A stretch of 54,562 bases of DNA from Candidatus Woesearchaeota archaeon (lineage in GTDB: Archaea; Nanobdellota; Nanobdellia; Woesearchaeales; GW2011-AR4): positions 1-54,562 of the forward strand of contig JAGVYR010000030.1 in assembly GCA_018303185.1 (NCBI GenBank), read 5' to 3'. Position numbers and translations under genes: made by a program. Position 1 is the stretch's first letter, and the number at the start of each line of letters is the position of its first letter. Of the stretch, positions 18,719 through 28,606 are shown piece after piece. The notes under the pieces were generated by a model. It did not search any database and was not told where the DNA came from. It saw nothing but the letters and a program-made list of their open reading frames with translations.

Positions 18719-19633
18719 TTAATCCAATATACTCATAATATAATCCCCACTCCCATCCGTTTGAAATTTTTTACCTCTCCATCTGGTTCTCCTTGCGGTA
18801 ATATCGTACATTAGGAAACCTTCGGCTGGAAGATGCAAATTCCCTTCTTTTACGCTTTCTTTCCCCATAAGCCTTATCACCATATCCCTTTGTTCTTCAG
18901 GCTTCATTCTCATAGATTTTTCGAGATCTGTTTCGGGAAAACCGTTATCCACCAATCTCGCATGAGTCCTTCGAATCGATCTTTTATTTTTTGCAGATAC
19001 AATGGTCACATATGGCATCCCAAGCTGGTAAGCCCAATCTAACGTAAAATGAGTAAATGCGTGAGTCCATTTGAACCTCCCCCTATGCATATCCTCATTG
19101 TTGTTTCCTTCCGGATTGCTAACACCTTGAAACTGGGATATTACTACCCCCGCATTATTCCAATAAGGGCCATTTAATGCCATGACTGCAAAATCAGTAT
19201 CTTTGTGCCTTATAAATAAGCAATATGGCGCATCAACCCAGACATCCGACCCTGCTCGGGCATATCCGCAATCTTGAAAAGCTCGAGTGTGGAATTGCAC
19301 CAATGAATAATGTTTTAGGTCTTCTGAAGGCACATATGCCCTCTCTCTTTTGAACCTGCCTAAATATTCAGATCCAAACGGCTTCATAATGCCAAATAGC
19401 TCAAATGTTGCCAGCTCTATCCCAATTTTTCTAATTCTTTCTTCTAAAACGTTCTCAGCATCAGTATGCGCTGCCTTTAATGATGGCCCTAACCTTCCCA
19501 TTACATGATTAGCTGTGGTAAAGTGACCATTTTCTCCACAGAGGCTAACTCTTGCACTTAGTGGGAGAGTGTTGTCTCCGCCCCAATCATAGATTGCTGA
19601 GTACTTTAGGTCTTGAAACAATGCCATAAGCAT
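18719..19633 (-). CDS. Hypothetical protein, possibly GNAT-like C-terminal fold
   Basis: 304-aa ORF with atypical composition; ISQFQG...FKW....WA..LG..V.I pattern. Confidence 0.55.
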   Translation of the reverse strand: MLMALFQDLKYSAIYDWGGDNTLPLSARVSLCGENGHFTTANHVMGRLGPSLKAAHTDAENVLEERIRKIGIELATFELFGIMKPFGSEYLGRFKRERAYVPSEDLKHYSLVQFHTRAFQDCGYARAGSDVWVDAPYCLFIRHKDTDFAVMALNGPYWNNAGVVISQFQGVSNPEGNNNEDMHRGRFKWTHAFTHFTLDWAYQLGMPYVTIVSAKNKRSIRRTHARLVDNGFPETDLEKSMRMKPEEQRDMVIRLMGKESVKEGNLHLPAEGFLMYDITARRTRWRGKKFQTDGSGDYIMSILD

Positions 19634-19686
19634 AGTAATAGAAAACTCTTTTTAAAAGTAACTATTTTTACAACTATCCAGTGGTT

Positions 19687-20205
19687 TTAAATAAAATCAC
19701 TTATCTTATGCTTTTTCTCCTCGTGCCACAGCCATGCCAGCAGGATTATCGCATCAAGGCCTGCGGCAAAGGTAGGAGTCAAAACGCTGCTCAGGATGTT
19801 CATGTCATAAGCAGCCATGGAGAACGGGTACAGTAAAAACAGCCCGGCAGCGTCTGTAGTGAACAGGAAATCCAGCAGGATATGCAGTAAAATGCCAAAT
19901 GTGGTAACGAAGAAATAAACCGCAATCCTTCTCTGCTGCAATTTCCTTCTCGTCCAGAAATAAAACCCGGGTATCAGAAATAATAAACCGAATAAAGGCG
20001 TATGGGTAAATGTGCGGTGCATTATATCCTCTCCAAAAAATCCAAGAACCTTTCCCAGAAGTATATCTATATCAGGAAGCAAGCCGGCAAACCCTGCTAT
20101 AAATACCGTATGCAGCGTAAAGTAATGCCTGTGCCTTGAAATATAGTCCCTGTACAAATCCACCAAAATAATGGATGTTATTACGTGAGTTACTGCCAGC
20201 GGCAT
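19687..20205 (-). CDS. Membrane metal-dependent hydrolase (YbcI/DUF457-like)
   Basis: TH, LPDID, HRTFTH, HILLD motifs; start at ATG 20205. Confidence 0.85.
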   Translation of the reverse strand: MPLAVTHVITSIILVDLYRDYISRHRHYFTLHTVFIAGFAGLLPDIDILLGKVLGFFGEDIMHRTFTHTPLFGLLFLIPGFYFWTRRKLQQRRIAVYFFVTTFGILLHILLDFLFTTDAAGLFLLYPFSMAAYDMNILSSVLTPTFAAGLDAIILLAWLWHEEKKHKISDFI

Positions 20206-20206
20206 C

Positions 20207-20551
20207 TTAGAGCTTTTTCGCAAATCCTTTTGCTGTTTTCCTCCCTTCTTTTTCAAGCTTTTTCTGAAGCTTCTGCAGCTTCACATTAAGCCGCAAAGCG
20301 ACCTGCCTTGAGACTTTTTCAGCTTCTTTTGCCATCCTTCCTGCCTCGCTTTCAGCAAGCTTCTGCATCCTTTTCCTTTCCCTATCAGCTGCGCTTATAA
20401 ACGTTCTGGCGATATCCTTCGCGCCCTTTGAGTCTAAATTCGCCCTTTTAGCTATCTGCCCGGCAACCTGCTCAGCCTTCTTCTTAGTCAAAGATGCGGC
20501 TCCCAGCCCGAGCAAAAAGCTTTTCTTAATAGCGTCTTTCATATCATCCAC
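20207..20551 (-). CDS. Phasin-like protein
   Basis: IKKSFLLGLGAASLTKKKAE motif; usual partner of AarF/UbiB kinases. Confidence 0.7.
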   Translation of the reverse strand: MDDMKDAIKKSFLLGLGAASLTKKKAEQVAGQIAKRANLDSKGAKDIARTFISAADRERKRMQKLAESEAGRMAKEAEKVSRQVALRLNVKLQKLQKKLEKEGRKTAKGFAKKL

Positions 20552-22223
20552 CTCCTGCTTCCTTTATTATTGAAAAGAAAAGTATTATGGCTAATATTCC
20601 AGCGCCGATGAAGCTTAAGAATGAAAGTATCGGCATCTGGAAGATGACAGGGCCCTTGTTCAGCTGCATCAGAATAGCGCCTACAATAAGCAGGGCAGCT
20701 ATTATCATTGCATACGAAACCCTGTTAGAGGAGCGGTCTATCTCTACAGAAAGCTTCCTTATGGAAGAGTCTGGAATATCAACTTTTATCGTGCCTTTCT
20801 CTATCTTTCTTAAAACTCTTTCAGTCTCCTCAGGAATTACCTCAAGCAGCTTTCTGAAGCGGAAGGCGCTCTTTATGATGGATTTTGCAATGTACTGCGG
20901 GCTCGTCCTTTCCTTCATCAGCTTCTCTACAAAAGGCTTTGATGCGTCAACAATCCTGAAATCAGGGTCGTATTCAAGCGCAATGCCCTCCAAGGTTACA
21001 ATTGTCTTCCCGAACAGGACAAAGGATAGCGGCATCTTCAAGCCAAAGTTCAGGGCAATGTCCATGACACTTTCAAGTATATGGCTTATCTTTATGTCTT
21101 TTATTGCCCTGCTCTGCAAAGGATCAAGTATCAGCCTGACTTCATATTTCAGCTCGCGCTTGTCTACCTCGGAAGACGAATCGCAGATTTCAACAAGCGT
21201 ATCAACAATCATGTCAGCATCATTCTCAATGACGCCATAGAAAAGCGAAATTGACTTTTCCTTAAGGCGGTCGTCAAAATGCCCAACTATGCCAAAATCA
21301 ACCAAGGCAATGGAGCAGTCAGGCATGACAAGTATGTTGCCGGGATGGGGGTCTGCATGGAAAAAGCCGTGTATGAACACCTGAGTCAGGGCAGCGTCAA
21401 AGCCGTTCTTCATTACCCTGCCAAGGTCTATCTTTCTTTTTCTCAGCTCTTCGATATTGTGCAGCTCAACGCCGTCTATAAATTCAAATACAAGGGCCTT
21501 GTTTGAGATTAAATTTTCATAGACTGCAGGGATCTTTACAGTTGGAATGTTCTTGAAATTGTGCTCGAACAGATGGCAGTTTGCAGCCTCCCTCCTGAAG
21601 TCCAGTTCTTTAAGGGTCCATTTTGCAAACTCATTTACGACATTGAGGGGCTCGTATTTCCTTATGGCTGGAAAGTGGCTTTCAAGAAGGGAGGCAATAT
21701 ACTTCATTATCTCTATGTCTGTCTCAATGAGCCTGTCAACATCAGGCCTCTGGATTTTTACAGCAACTGTGCTTCCATCCTTCAATACAGCCTTATGCAC
21801 CTGGCTTATTGAAGCTGAGGCTATCGGCTTTTGGTCAAATTCTTTGAAAATGTCTTTTATGTCTTTCCTGAACTCATGCCTTATTGTCTGCTGGACTTGC
21901 TCGAACGGAAACGAAGGCACAGAATCCTGCAGCTTTTCCAGCTCTTTTATGTAGCTTTTTGGAATCAAGTCGGGCCTTACAGAAAGCATCTGCCCGAACT
22001 TTATGAACGTAGGCCCCAATCTTTCCAAAGTAAGGCGGAGCCGCTTTTCCATGGGATGGCTGCGCTTTTCATCCAGCCTCTGCTTCAGCTTCCTTGTCAA
22101 TGGAATGCTGTGCTTTTCCCTTATCTTGTCAACTACAAAGTCAAAGCCCTCTTCAAACAGGACTGCAAGAATTTCCCTAAAGCGGTTTATGTCCCGCACC
22201 TCTTTTATAATCTTCAAGGACAT
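20544..22223 (-). CDS. ubiB: AarF/ABC1/UbiB family kinase
   Basis: LGPTFIKFGQ, ASASISQVH, VAVKIQRP, FHADPHPGN, DFG; C-terminal TM pair. Confidence 0.92.
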   Translation of the reverse strand: MSLKIIKEVRDINRFREILAVLFEEGFDFVVDKIREKHSIPLTRKLKQRLDEKRSHPMEKRLRLTLERLGPTFIKFGQMLSVRPDLIPKSYIKELEKLQDSVPSFPFEQVQQTIRHEFRKDIKDIFKEFDQKPIASASISQVHKAVLKDGSTVAVKIQRPDVDRLIETDIEIMKYIASLLESHFPAIRKYEPLNVVNEFAKWTLKELDFRREAANCHLFEHNFKNIPTVKIPAVYENLISNKALVFEFIDGVELHNIEELRKRKIDLGRVMKNGFDAALTQVFIHGFFHADPHPGNILVMPDCSIALVDFGIVGHFDDRLKEKSISLFYGVIENDADMIVDTLVEICDSSSEVDKRELKYEVRLILDPLQSRAIKDIKISHILESVMDIALNFGLKMPLSFVLFGKTIVTLEGIALEYDPDFRIVDASKPFVEKLMKERTSPQYIAKSIIKSAFRFRKLLEVIPEETERVLRKIEKGTIKVDIPDSSIRKLSVEIDRSSNRVSYAMIIAALLIVGAILMQLNKGPVIFQMPILSFLSFIGAGILAIILFFSIIKEAGGG

Positions 22224-22268
22224 GGGGAAAATGCGGGAAAGGGAGTTTATAAAGTTTATTGGAAAAAC

Positions 22269-22488
22269 GGCTCTGTCCGAAATCTCGCTTTGCTTGGGTT
22301 AGCGGCTTTCGCCCAACTGGTTACGCCCGGTTGACAGGCAATATGGGGCATGAAGCCCCATGCCGCAGCCTTCACATCGCATGATGGCTGCGGCGTATGG
22401 CTGTAAGCCATACATGTTTTGGTCAACTTTTGCTGGAAATCTAAAATGGGCTCATCTGATGCCGCTAACCTACATTTCGGACAGAGCC
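22269..22488. mobile_element. MITE (copy B), 220 bp, IS5/IS903-like ends
   Basis: Perfect 15-bp TIR GGCTCTGTCCGAAAT/ATTTCGGACAGAGCC; perfect 9-bp direct repeat TGGAAAAAC at 22260-22268 and 22489-22497; inner IR GGTTAGCGGC/GCCGCTAACC. Confidence 0.9.
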
Positions 22489-22499
22489 TGGAAAAACAG

Positions 22500-22802
22500 T
22501 TATCGAACTTCCTCATCAACCCATTTCTGATAAGGCAAATTAGCTTCAGAATCTATCTTAAGTATGCATGGAACTTTGTATGAATGCACTTTTGAAACTT
22601 CTTCCTTTATTTTTTCATATTTTCCCTTTTTTGTTTTTGCAAGAATTGCATATTCAGGCTCATTCTGCAGCTTGCCCTGCCACATGTACATGCTTCTTAT
22701 AGGGAAGAAGTTGGAGCAGGCTATGAGCTTTTTCTTCAATAAGTGCAGGGATATCTTTCTTGCCTCTGCCTTGTCTTTGCATGTTATGTAGATTAATGTC
22801 AT
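22500..22802 (-). CDS. cutA: Divalent cation tolerance protein CutA
   Basis: LIAC, S.Y.WQG, HSYKVPCI, Y.KW. Confidence 0.92.
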   Translation of the reverse strand: MTLIYITCKDKAEARKISLHLLKKKLIACSNFFPIRSMYMWQGKLQNEPEYAILAKTKKGKYEKIKEEVSKVHSYKVPCILKIDSEANLPYQKWVDEEVR

Positions 22803-22869
22803 TTTTTTCCTTATTGTTTTTAGTGTTTTGCCATTTTGTGCGTTTTTAATCCGGCTCTGCAATGCTAGT

Positions 22870-22906
22870 CACGAGGCTCGCTCTCACTCATAACGCTCGC
22901 CTCGTG
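22870..22906. repeat. REP-like hairpin carrying the family motif CTCGCT...CGCTCG
   Basis: CACGAGG-CTCGCT-(11 nt)-CGCTCG-CCTCGTG. Confidence 0.5.
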
Positions 22907-23019
22907 GTTTTATTGGTAAGCCTTTTTCTATGATGTCTTGCTCAAATTTTGCTGTTAACCCTCACTTAGGCACTGATTTTTATCTAAATATTTAAAAATT
23001 GCCATATATTCCGGCAGTT

Positions 23020-23760
23020 ATGGAAAGAAAAAAGGACTTTGAAGCATTATACAGGAAGAATCTTGAGCTTACGAAGAAGCAGGTTAGGGAAGCTGTAAAT
23101 GAAGACTTATTGATAATACAGGCCATAAGCAGCGTAGGAGACATAGACAAAACCGCTAATCTGCTGTCAAAGAGGCTCAGGGAATGGTTTGCCCTTTATA
23201 ATCCTGAATTGGAGCATCGGGTAAAGGAGCATGAAGAGTTTGTGAAGCTTGTTATTGCCCAGAACGAAAAGAAGGCAGATGATTCAATGGGCAAGAGCTT
23301 TGAAAAAGAAGATTTCGGGCAGATACTAAGCCTTGCAGGGCATATAAACTCGCTGTACGAATTAAGGCAGCAGTACTTCAATTACCTTGAAAAAATACTG
23401 AAAAAATACTGCCCGAGCGTGCTTGCAATAACAGGGCCGATAATAGGGGCAAAGCTATTCGGGCATGCAGGAAGCCTGAGGAAACTGGCTGTTTTGCCTT
23501 CTTCAACAATACAGCTTCTTGGGGCCGAAAAAGCATTGTTCAGGCACCTTCAAACCAGAGGACGTGCAAAATCGCCAAAGCATGGCATCCTGAGCCAGCA
23601 TCCTGTAATGGGAAAAGTCAAATTTAAAGAGCACGGCAAGGCTGCAAGGGTGCTTGCAGACAAGATATCCCTTGCTGCAAGGATAGACTACTTCAAAGGG
23701 CAGTATGCGGGCGATAAGCTGAGGAAAGAGATTGAGGAGAAATTCGGAAAATGGGAGTAA
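23020..23760 (+). CDS. nop5: Nop5 (Nop56/58) C/D snoRNP protein, short form
   Basis: RLREW...PEL, STIQLLGAEKALFRHL, PKHG, GK.AR.LA.K. Confidence 0.93.
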   Translation: MERKKDFEALYRKNLELTKKQVREAVNEDLLIIQAISSVGDIDKTANLLSKRLREWFALYNPELEHRVKEHEEFVKLVIAQNEKKADDSMGKSFEKEDFGQILSLAGHINSLYELRQQYFNYLEKILKKYCPSVLAITGPIIGAKLFGHAGSLRKLAVLPSSTIQLLGAEKALFRHLQTRGRAKSPKHGILSQHPVMGKVKFKEHGKAARVLADKISLAARIDYFKGQYAGDKLRKEIEEKFGKWE

Positions 23761-24428
23761 GAAAATCAAAAATCTTCGAGGTTTACGAATCTGATGACTT
23801 CAGGAAAAGGAAGCTGTATACTGCAAACTTAGTTCCCGGAAAAAAAGCTTACGGCGAGAATATTGCTGTGCAGGATGGGATAGAATACAGGGAATGGGAT
23901 GCCGGCAGCAGCAAGCTTGCCTCTTTGATACTCAACGGATGCACAAACACAGGGATAAGAAACGGCGATGTTGTGCTTTATCTTGGAAGCTCCACAGGAA
24001 CAACAGTGAGCCACGTCTCTGATATTGTGGGGAAAGAAGGATTTGTGTTCGCTTTGGATGTAGCTCCAAGAGTCATGAGGGATTTAGTTTTCATGTGCGA
24101 GGACAGGAAAAATATTGCTCCAATACTTGCAGATGCGAATAAGCCAGACAGCTTTAAGGACAGGGTAATGGAAGCTGACGTGCTGTATCAGGACATTGCG
24201 CAAAAAAATCAGGTTGAAATTTTCCTGAAGAACGTGAAGGCATTTCTGAAGAAAGGCGGCTATGCCCTGCTTGCTGTAAAAGCCAGAAATATTGATGTCA
24301 CAAGAAACCCTAAAGACATATTCAGGCAGGTGCGCGCTGAGCTTGAAAGCCATCTTACCATAATTGATTTCAGAACTCTGGATCCGTATCAAAGGGACCA
24401 CTGCATGTTTGTTTGCAAGAGGCAGTAA
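23751..24428 (+). CDS. flpA: Fibrillarin-like rRNA 2'-O-methyltransferase
   Basis: YGE, EYREW..SKLA, VLYLG..GTTVSHVSD, YQDIAQ..Q, DH. Confidence 0.95.
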   Translation: MGVRKSKIFEVYESDDFRKRKLYTANLVPGKKAYGENIAVQDGIEYREWDAGSSKLASLILNGCTNTGIRNGDVVLYLGSSTGTTVSHVSDIVGKEGFVFALDVAPRVMRDLVFMCEDRKNIAPILADANKPDSFKDRVMEADVLYQDIAQKNQVEIFLKNVKAFLKKGGYALLAVKARNIDVTRNPKDIFRQVRAELESHLTIIDFRTLDPYQRDHCMFVCKRQ

Positions 24429-24430
24429 CG

Positions 24431-24640
24431 TCAGGTTAAGGCAGGCCCGCCTCTTGTTTGAGGCTGAGGCAAAGAACGTGTTCTGGAACAATGGAACAGT
24501 TTTTCCTCAATAAAAAATTCATTGTTTCAAAAAAATAATAGATAAAAAAACCGCCGAAGCCTCTGGCGGCTCTGCCTTAACCGAAATAAAAAACCGCTGA
24601 GGCAGATGGCGCCCTTAACCTAGCCCTGCCTGAAGCAATA
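24431..24640. repeat. Dispersed IR-bounded repeat, family 2, copy 1
   Basis: Core 24463-24518 matches 41608-41663 at 52/56 nt; ends AGGTTAAGG/CCTTAACCT; boundaries approximate. Confidence 0.75.
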
Positions 24641-24687
24641 GCAAGATTTAAAAGGTGATATTTATTACTACTTCTTGGGGAAAATCT

Positions 24688-25572
24688 ATGGACGATAATG
24701 CTGTTAAGGGGACTTACAGGCTGAAAAAGGGCCTTGCAGAGATGCTGAAAGGCGGTGTGATAATGGATGTAGTGAATGCTGCCCAGGCGAAGATAGCTGA
24801 AAAAGCAGGCGCTGTTTCTGTCATGGCTCTGGAGAGAGTTCCTGCAGATATAAGGGCTCAGGGCGGCGTAGCAAGGATGGCTGACCCGAAAAAAATTAAG
24901 GAAATAATGAACGCTGTCTCTGTTCCGGTCATGGCAAAGGCAAGAATAGGGCATTTTGCAGAGGCAAGGATTCTTGAAGCGCTGGAAGTTGACTACATTG
25001 ACGAAAGCGAAGTTCTCACTCCGGCTGATGAGAGGCATATTGAAAAGCATTCATTCAATGTCCCGTTTGTCTGCGGCGCACGGGATTTGGGAGAGGCACT
25101 GCGCAGGATTAAGGAAGGCGCTGCAATGATAAGGACTAAGGGAGAGGCTGGAACTGGAAATGTCATTGAAGCTGTAAGGCACATGCGCAGGATAAATGAG
25201 GAGATTGAAGCTTTGAAAGGGCTTTCTTCAAGAAAATTAAACCAGAAAGCTGTTGAAATGAGAGTTTCTTACAAGCTGGTTGAAGAGACCGCAAGGCTCG
25301 GAAGGCTTCCTGTCGTAAATTTCGCTGCTGGCGGCATAGCGACGCCTGCAGATGCCGCTTTAATGATGCAGCTCGGGTGCGACGGCGTTTTTGTCGGAAG
25401 CGGCATTTTCAAGTCAAAAAATCCTGAAAAAATGGCGAAAGCTATTGTGGAGGCTGTAACCCATTACAATGAGCCTGAAATCCTTGCAAAAATTTCTGAG
25501 GGATTGGGAGAAGCGATGGAAGGCATCGAAATCGAGAAATTAAGCGTGAAGATGCAGGAGAGGGGGAAGTGA
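24688..25572 (+). CDS. pdxS: Pyridoxal 5'-phosphate synthase subunit PdxS
   Basis: [41 protein letters not shown]. Confidence 0.98.
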   Translation: MDDNAVKGTYRLKKGLAEMLKGGVIMDVVNAAQAKIAEKAGAVSVMALERVPADIRAQGGVARMADPKKIKEIMNAVSVPVMAKARIGHFAEARILEALEVDYIDESEVLTPADERHIEKHSFNVPFVCGARDLGEALRRIKEGAAMIRTKGEAGTGNVIEAVRHMRRINEEIEALKGLSSRKLNQKAVEMRVSYKLVEETARLGRLPVVNFAAGGIATPADAALMMQLGCDGVFVGSGIFKSKNPEKMAKAIVEAVTHYNEPEILAKISEGLGEAMEGIEIEKLSVKMQERGK

Positions 25573-25904
25573 TGGTTGGAGTGCTGGCAAGGGCATTTGT
25601 TGGTGAACCAAATGAATGCAGTATAGATGACCTTATTTTTTTTATCGGGGCTGAAAAGATAAGGAAAGGTGATGTTTTAAACATAAATGGTGAGTTTGGA
25701 GTTTATTCTAGAGTGATAAAAAAAGATAGAAGCCCTATCCCAGAAATCAGCCTTTTGATGTTTCATCTCACTTCGGAAGGACCCAAGCATTATGAAGTTC
25801 CTTTGGAAAGTGTAACTTATTGGAAAAGCCATGGGCATATCACTAGCGGTTCTATGAATCTTCTTAAGAAAGTTGAAGAGGCATATTTTTCAGGGAACCA
25901 ATAA
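25569..25904 (+). CDS. Hypothetical protein inserted between pdxS and pdxT
   Basis: 111-aa ORF overlapping the pdxS stop and abutting pdxT; more AT-rich than its flanks. Confidence 0.55.
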   Translation: MMVGVLARAFVGEPNECSIDDLIFFIGAEKIRKGDVLNINGEFGVYSRVIKKDRSPIPEISLLMFHLTSEGPKHYEVPLESVTYWKSHGHITSGSMNLLKKVEEAYFSGNQ

Positions 25905-25905
25905 C

Positions 25906-26493
25906 ATGAAAATCGGCGTTCTCGCACTGCAGGGGGATTTCAGGGAGCATATCCGCGTTCTTGAAGATTTGGGAGTGGAAGCAGCGGAAGTAAGGCTACC
26001 GCATGAGCTTGATGAGCTGAAAGGCCTTATCATTCCGGGCGGAGAAAGCACCGCAATAGGGATGCTCATGCAGAAATACGGCATGGACAGGGCAATAAAG
26101 GAGAAATTTGAGAAAGGAATGAAGATATGGGGCACGTGCGCAGGCGCGATCCTGATTGCCAAGGAAATTTCAGGGGAGAAAAAGGATTTCTCACTCGGGC
26201 TTATGGACATTTCAGTCAGAAGGAACGGCTACGGCAGGCAGCTGCAGAGCTTTGAAGCCAATCTTAATGTAAAATGCATCGGCGGCTTTAAAGGGGTTTT
26301 CATAAGGGCGCCTAAAATAGTAAAATGCGGCGATAATTGTGATGTCCTTGCTGAATATCAAGGCAGCCCGGTAATGGTGCACGAGCAAAACCTGCTTGCA
26401 ACAACTTTCCATCCGGAGCTTACCAAAGATGCAGGGATCCACCAGTATTTTATAGACATGGTAAAAGATGAGATTTCTATAGAAATAAGCTAA
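25906..26493 (+). CDS. pdxT: PLP synthase glutaminase subunit PdxT
   Basis: IGVLALQG, IPGGEST, GTCAG, RNGYGRQ, FIRAP, FHPELT. Confidence 0.97.
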   Translation: MKIGVLALQGDFREHIRVLEDLGVEAAEVRLPHELDELKGLIIPGGESTAIGMLMQKYGMDRAIKEKFEKGMKIWGTCAGAILIAKEISGEKKDFSLGLMDISVRRNGYGRQLQSFEANLNVKCIGGFKGVFIRAPKIVKCGDNCDVLAEYQGSPVMVHEQNLLATTFHPELTKDAGIHQYFIDMVKDEISIEIS

Positions 26494-26494
26494 A

Positions 26495-27892
26495 CTACTC
26501 TATCTCCCTTATTTCAAGTATGTCTATGTTCTTCTTCGGGCTTATGTCGGATATTATTATAGCCCTGTCTCCTTTAATAAGAAATTCCTTCTGCTTCAGC
26601 ATTCCTATCGCTTCCCTTATCATCTCATCAGAATTCTCCCTGAATTTAATCCTGAATGGGAATGCGCCCCAGAAGATTGTCATGCGCCTCATTACCTCTT
26701 CGGATTCTGTGAAAACGAATATGTCGGTATTGGGCCTTTTTCTTGTGACCCGGCTCAGCAGCCTGCCTGTCCTTGAAAACACTATTATTGCCTTGGCATC
26801 AAGATTTTCAGCGTTTATGCATGCCCCTAAAGAAAGCGCCTCCTTCACGTCCTTCGTCTTGAAGCCGTTTTTCAGCTCGAAAGAAAGCTTTTTCTGCACG
26901 TTTTTCGCTATTGTCGCCATTGTCTTGACGCATTCCACAGGATACTGGCCTTTTGTGGTCTCCCCTGAAAGCATTATGCAGTCAGCCTTCTCATAGACTG
27001 CGTTTGCAACGTCTATGACTTCGGCCCTTGTCGGCCTTGGATTGACAATCATTGACTCAAGAAGATGCGTGGCTATTATGACCGGCTTACCCTGCTCAAT
27101 GCATTTCTTCACCATCTCTTTCTGCAGGATTGGAATGTCTTCAAGAGGAACTTCAACCCCCAAATCGCCCCTGGCTACCATGACGCCGTCAGAGGCTTCA
27201 ATTATCTCATCCATGCTGTCTACGCCCTGCTGGTCCTCAATCTTCGCGATTATCATAGCCCCGGAATTAAGGCTTTTGAGAAGCGAACGCATGTCCTCAA
27301 TGTCCTTTTTGCCCCTTACAAAAGACTGTGCGATGAAATCAGCACCGTGCTTCACCACAAGCCTTATGTCTTCTTTGTCCTTTTCAGTTATTGCCGGCAG
27401 CCCCGTCTTTATTCCGGGTATTGTGACTGTTTTCCTGTTGCCTATGCTGCCCTGGTTGAGGACTTTGCAGAGAAAATGATAAGGCTCAACCTCAAGAACT
27501 TCAACTGCCACAAGGCCGTCATCAATCAGTATTATGCCGCCGACATTCACCTTATTTATCAAATCCTCATGGAGGATGAATGTGTGCTTTTCGCCTTCCT
27601 GTATGTCGCAGGCGCTGCTTACGGCAATCTTAAAGATTTCACCTTCCTTAAGCTTAACTTCCTTGCCGGAAGTCCTTATTTCGGGGCCCTGCGTGTCTAT
27701 CATCAGGCTTACGGGGAACACTGTCTTTTTGTTCAGCTCCCTGATGCGCTTCATAATCATCTCATGCCAAGCCTTGTCGCCATGGGACATGTTTATCCTT
27801 ACTATGTTCATGCCGTTCCTTGAAAGATTGAAGAGCATCTCCTCTGACTCGGTCTTCGGCCCAATGGTTGCAACTATCTTTGTGCGCCTCAT
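26495..27892 (-). CDS. pyk: Pyruvate kinase
   Basis: TKIVATIGP, DTQGPEIR, IAKIE, MVARGDLG, PRPTRAE, MLSGET. Confidence 0.98.
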   Translation of the reverse strand: MRRTKIVATIGPKTESEEMLFNLSRNGMNIVRINMSHGDKAWHEMIMKRIRELNKKTVFPVSLMIDTQGPEIRTSGKEVKLKEGEIFKIAVSSACDIQEGEKHTFILHEDLINKVNVGGIILIDDGLVAVEVLEVEPYHFLCKVLNQGSIGNRKTVTIPGIKTGLPAITEKDKEDIRLVVKHGADFIAQSFVRGKKDIEDMRSLLKSLNSGAMIIAKIEDQQGVDSMDEIIEASDGVMVARGDLGVEVPLEDIPILQKEMVKKCIEQGKPVIIATHLLESMIVNPRPTRAEVIDVANAVYEKADCIMLSGETTKGQYPVECVKTMATIAKNVQKKLSFELKNGFKTKDVKEALSLGACINAENLDAKAIIVFSRTGRLLSRVTRKRPNTDIFVFTESEEVMRRMTIFWGAFPFRIKFRENSDEMIREAIGMLKQKEFLIKGDRAIIISDISPKKNIDILEIREIE

Positions 27893-27942
27893 AGCTTTCT
27901 GGATAGAAACAGGGTTTTTAAGGTTTATGGATAATCAGATAT

Positions 27943-28054
27943 TGCATTTGTTGCAGCAACAATGGCGAGGGCAAGGCTGGGGTTGCGCCGTCCGGGCTGC
28001 CGAGCAGCGAAGCGTCCGAAGCCATTTTTGTTGCTGCCAGCCTCAAAAAATGCA
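27943..28054. repeat. IR-bounded GC-rich intergenic element
   Basis: TGCATTT/AAATGCA ends plus GCAGCAACAATGGC (27953-27966)/GCCATTTTTGTTGCTGC (28021-28037); interior CGAGCAGCGAAGCG resembles the family motif. Confidence 0.5.
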
Positions 28055-28100
28055 GAATCCTATTTTAAAAAAGAATATAAAAATCAAAAAAACAAAGAAA

Positions 28101-28337
28101 TCAGCCCTGAAGCGCCTCTTCTATTGCATCCCTGTTATATCCCACTATAATCGTGCCGTCAATGTCAGTCACGGGAACGCCCATCTGGCCTGACTTCTCT
28201 ACCATCTCCTCTGCTGCCTTCCTGTCAGCGCCTACATCAACATCTTCGTATTTGACGCCCTTTTCCTTCAAAAAATCCTTGACCTTCACGCACCACGGGC
28301 ATGTCCTTGTCGAGTAAACCTTAACATTCTTTGCCAT
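28101..28337 (-). CDS. Glutaredoxin-like protein (NrdH/YruB type)
   Basis: CPWC, SGQMGVPV, IVGY. Confidence 0.92.
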   Translation of the reverse strand: MAKNVKVYSTRTCPWCVKVKDFLKEKGVKYEDVDVGADRKAAEEMVEKSGQMGVPVTDIDGTIIVGYNRDAIEEALQG

Positions 28338-28355
28338 TTTATATCCTCCATATCC

Positions 28356-28478
28356 TTATTTGGCAATTGCCACTATAACTGCCACTGCAGCTATAACCAG
28401 CATTGCCAGCATTGCTTTTTCATGCATGCACATCCCTTCCTTTTCCTTGCATCCCTGCATTGGGCACATATGCGCCAT
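28356..28478 (-). CDS. 40-aa Cys/His/Met-rich membrane peptide (not in ORF track)
   Basis: GAGGTGA RBS, then MAHMCPMQGCKEKEGMCMHEKAMLAMLVIAAVAVIVAIAK; TATA upstream; leads into the glutaredoxin gene. Confidence 0.7.
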   Translation of the reverse strand: MAHMCPMQGCKEKEGMCMHEKAMLAMLVIAAVAVIVAIAK

Positions 28479-28606
28479 TATACATCACCTCAACCTCATA
28501 TTATATTTAAATCTTATCATGCTAATAAATATAACAATATTTCCTTAAACCCTTAAATATGAATTTTAAGGTTAATTTAATAAATTGGCGGCAATTATAG
28601 GCAAGA

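Noticed and set aside
22269..22488. tRNA, SRP RNA or riboswitch interpretation of the GC-rich hairpin regions
   Set aside because: No cloverleaf, T-loop or recognisable aptamer; TIRs plus a TSD explain them better
22930..22976. Possible C/D box sRNA upstream of nop5 (ATGATGT...CTGA)
   Set aside because: Imperfect C box, no convincing D'/C' boxes or terminal stem, and no target could be verified
27065..27823. Long antisense ORFs (for example opposite pyk, ubiB and dipZ)
   Set aside because: Shadow frames of well-supported genes on the other strand
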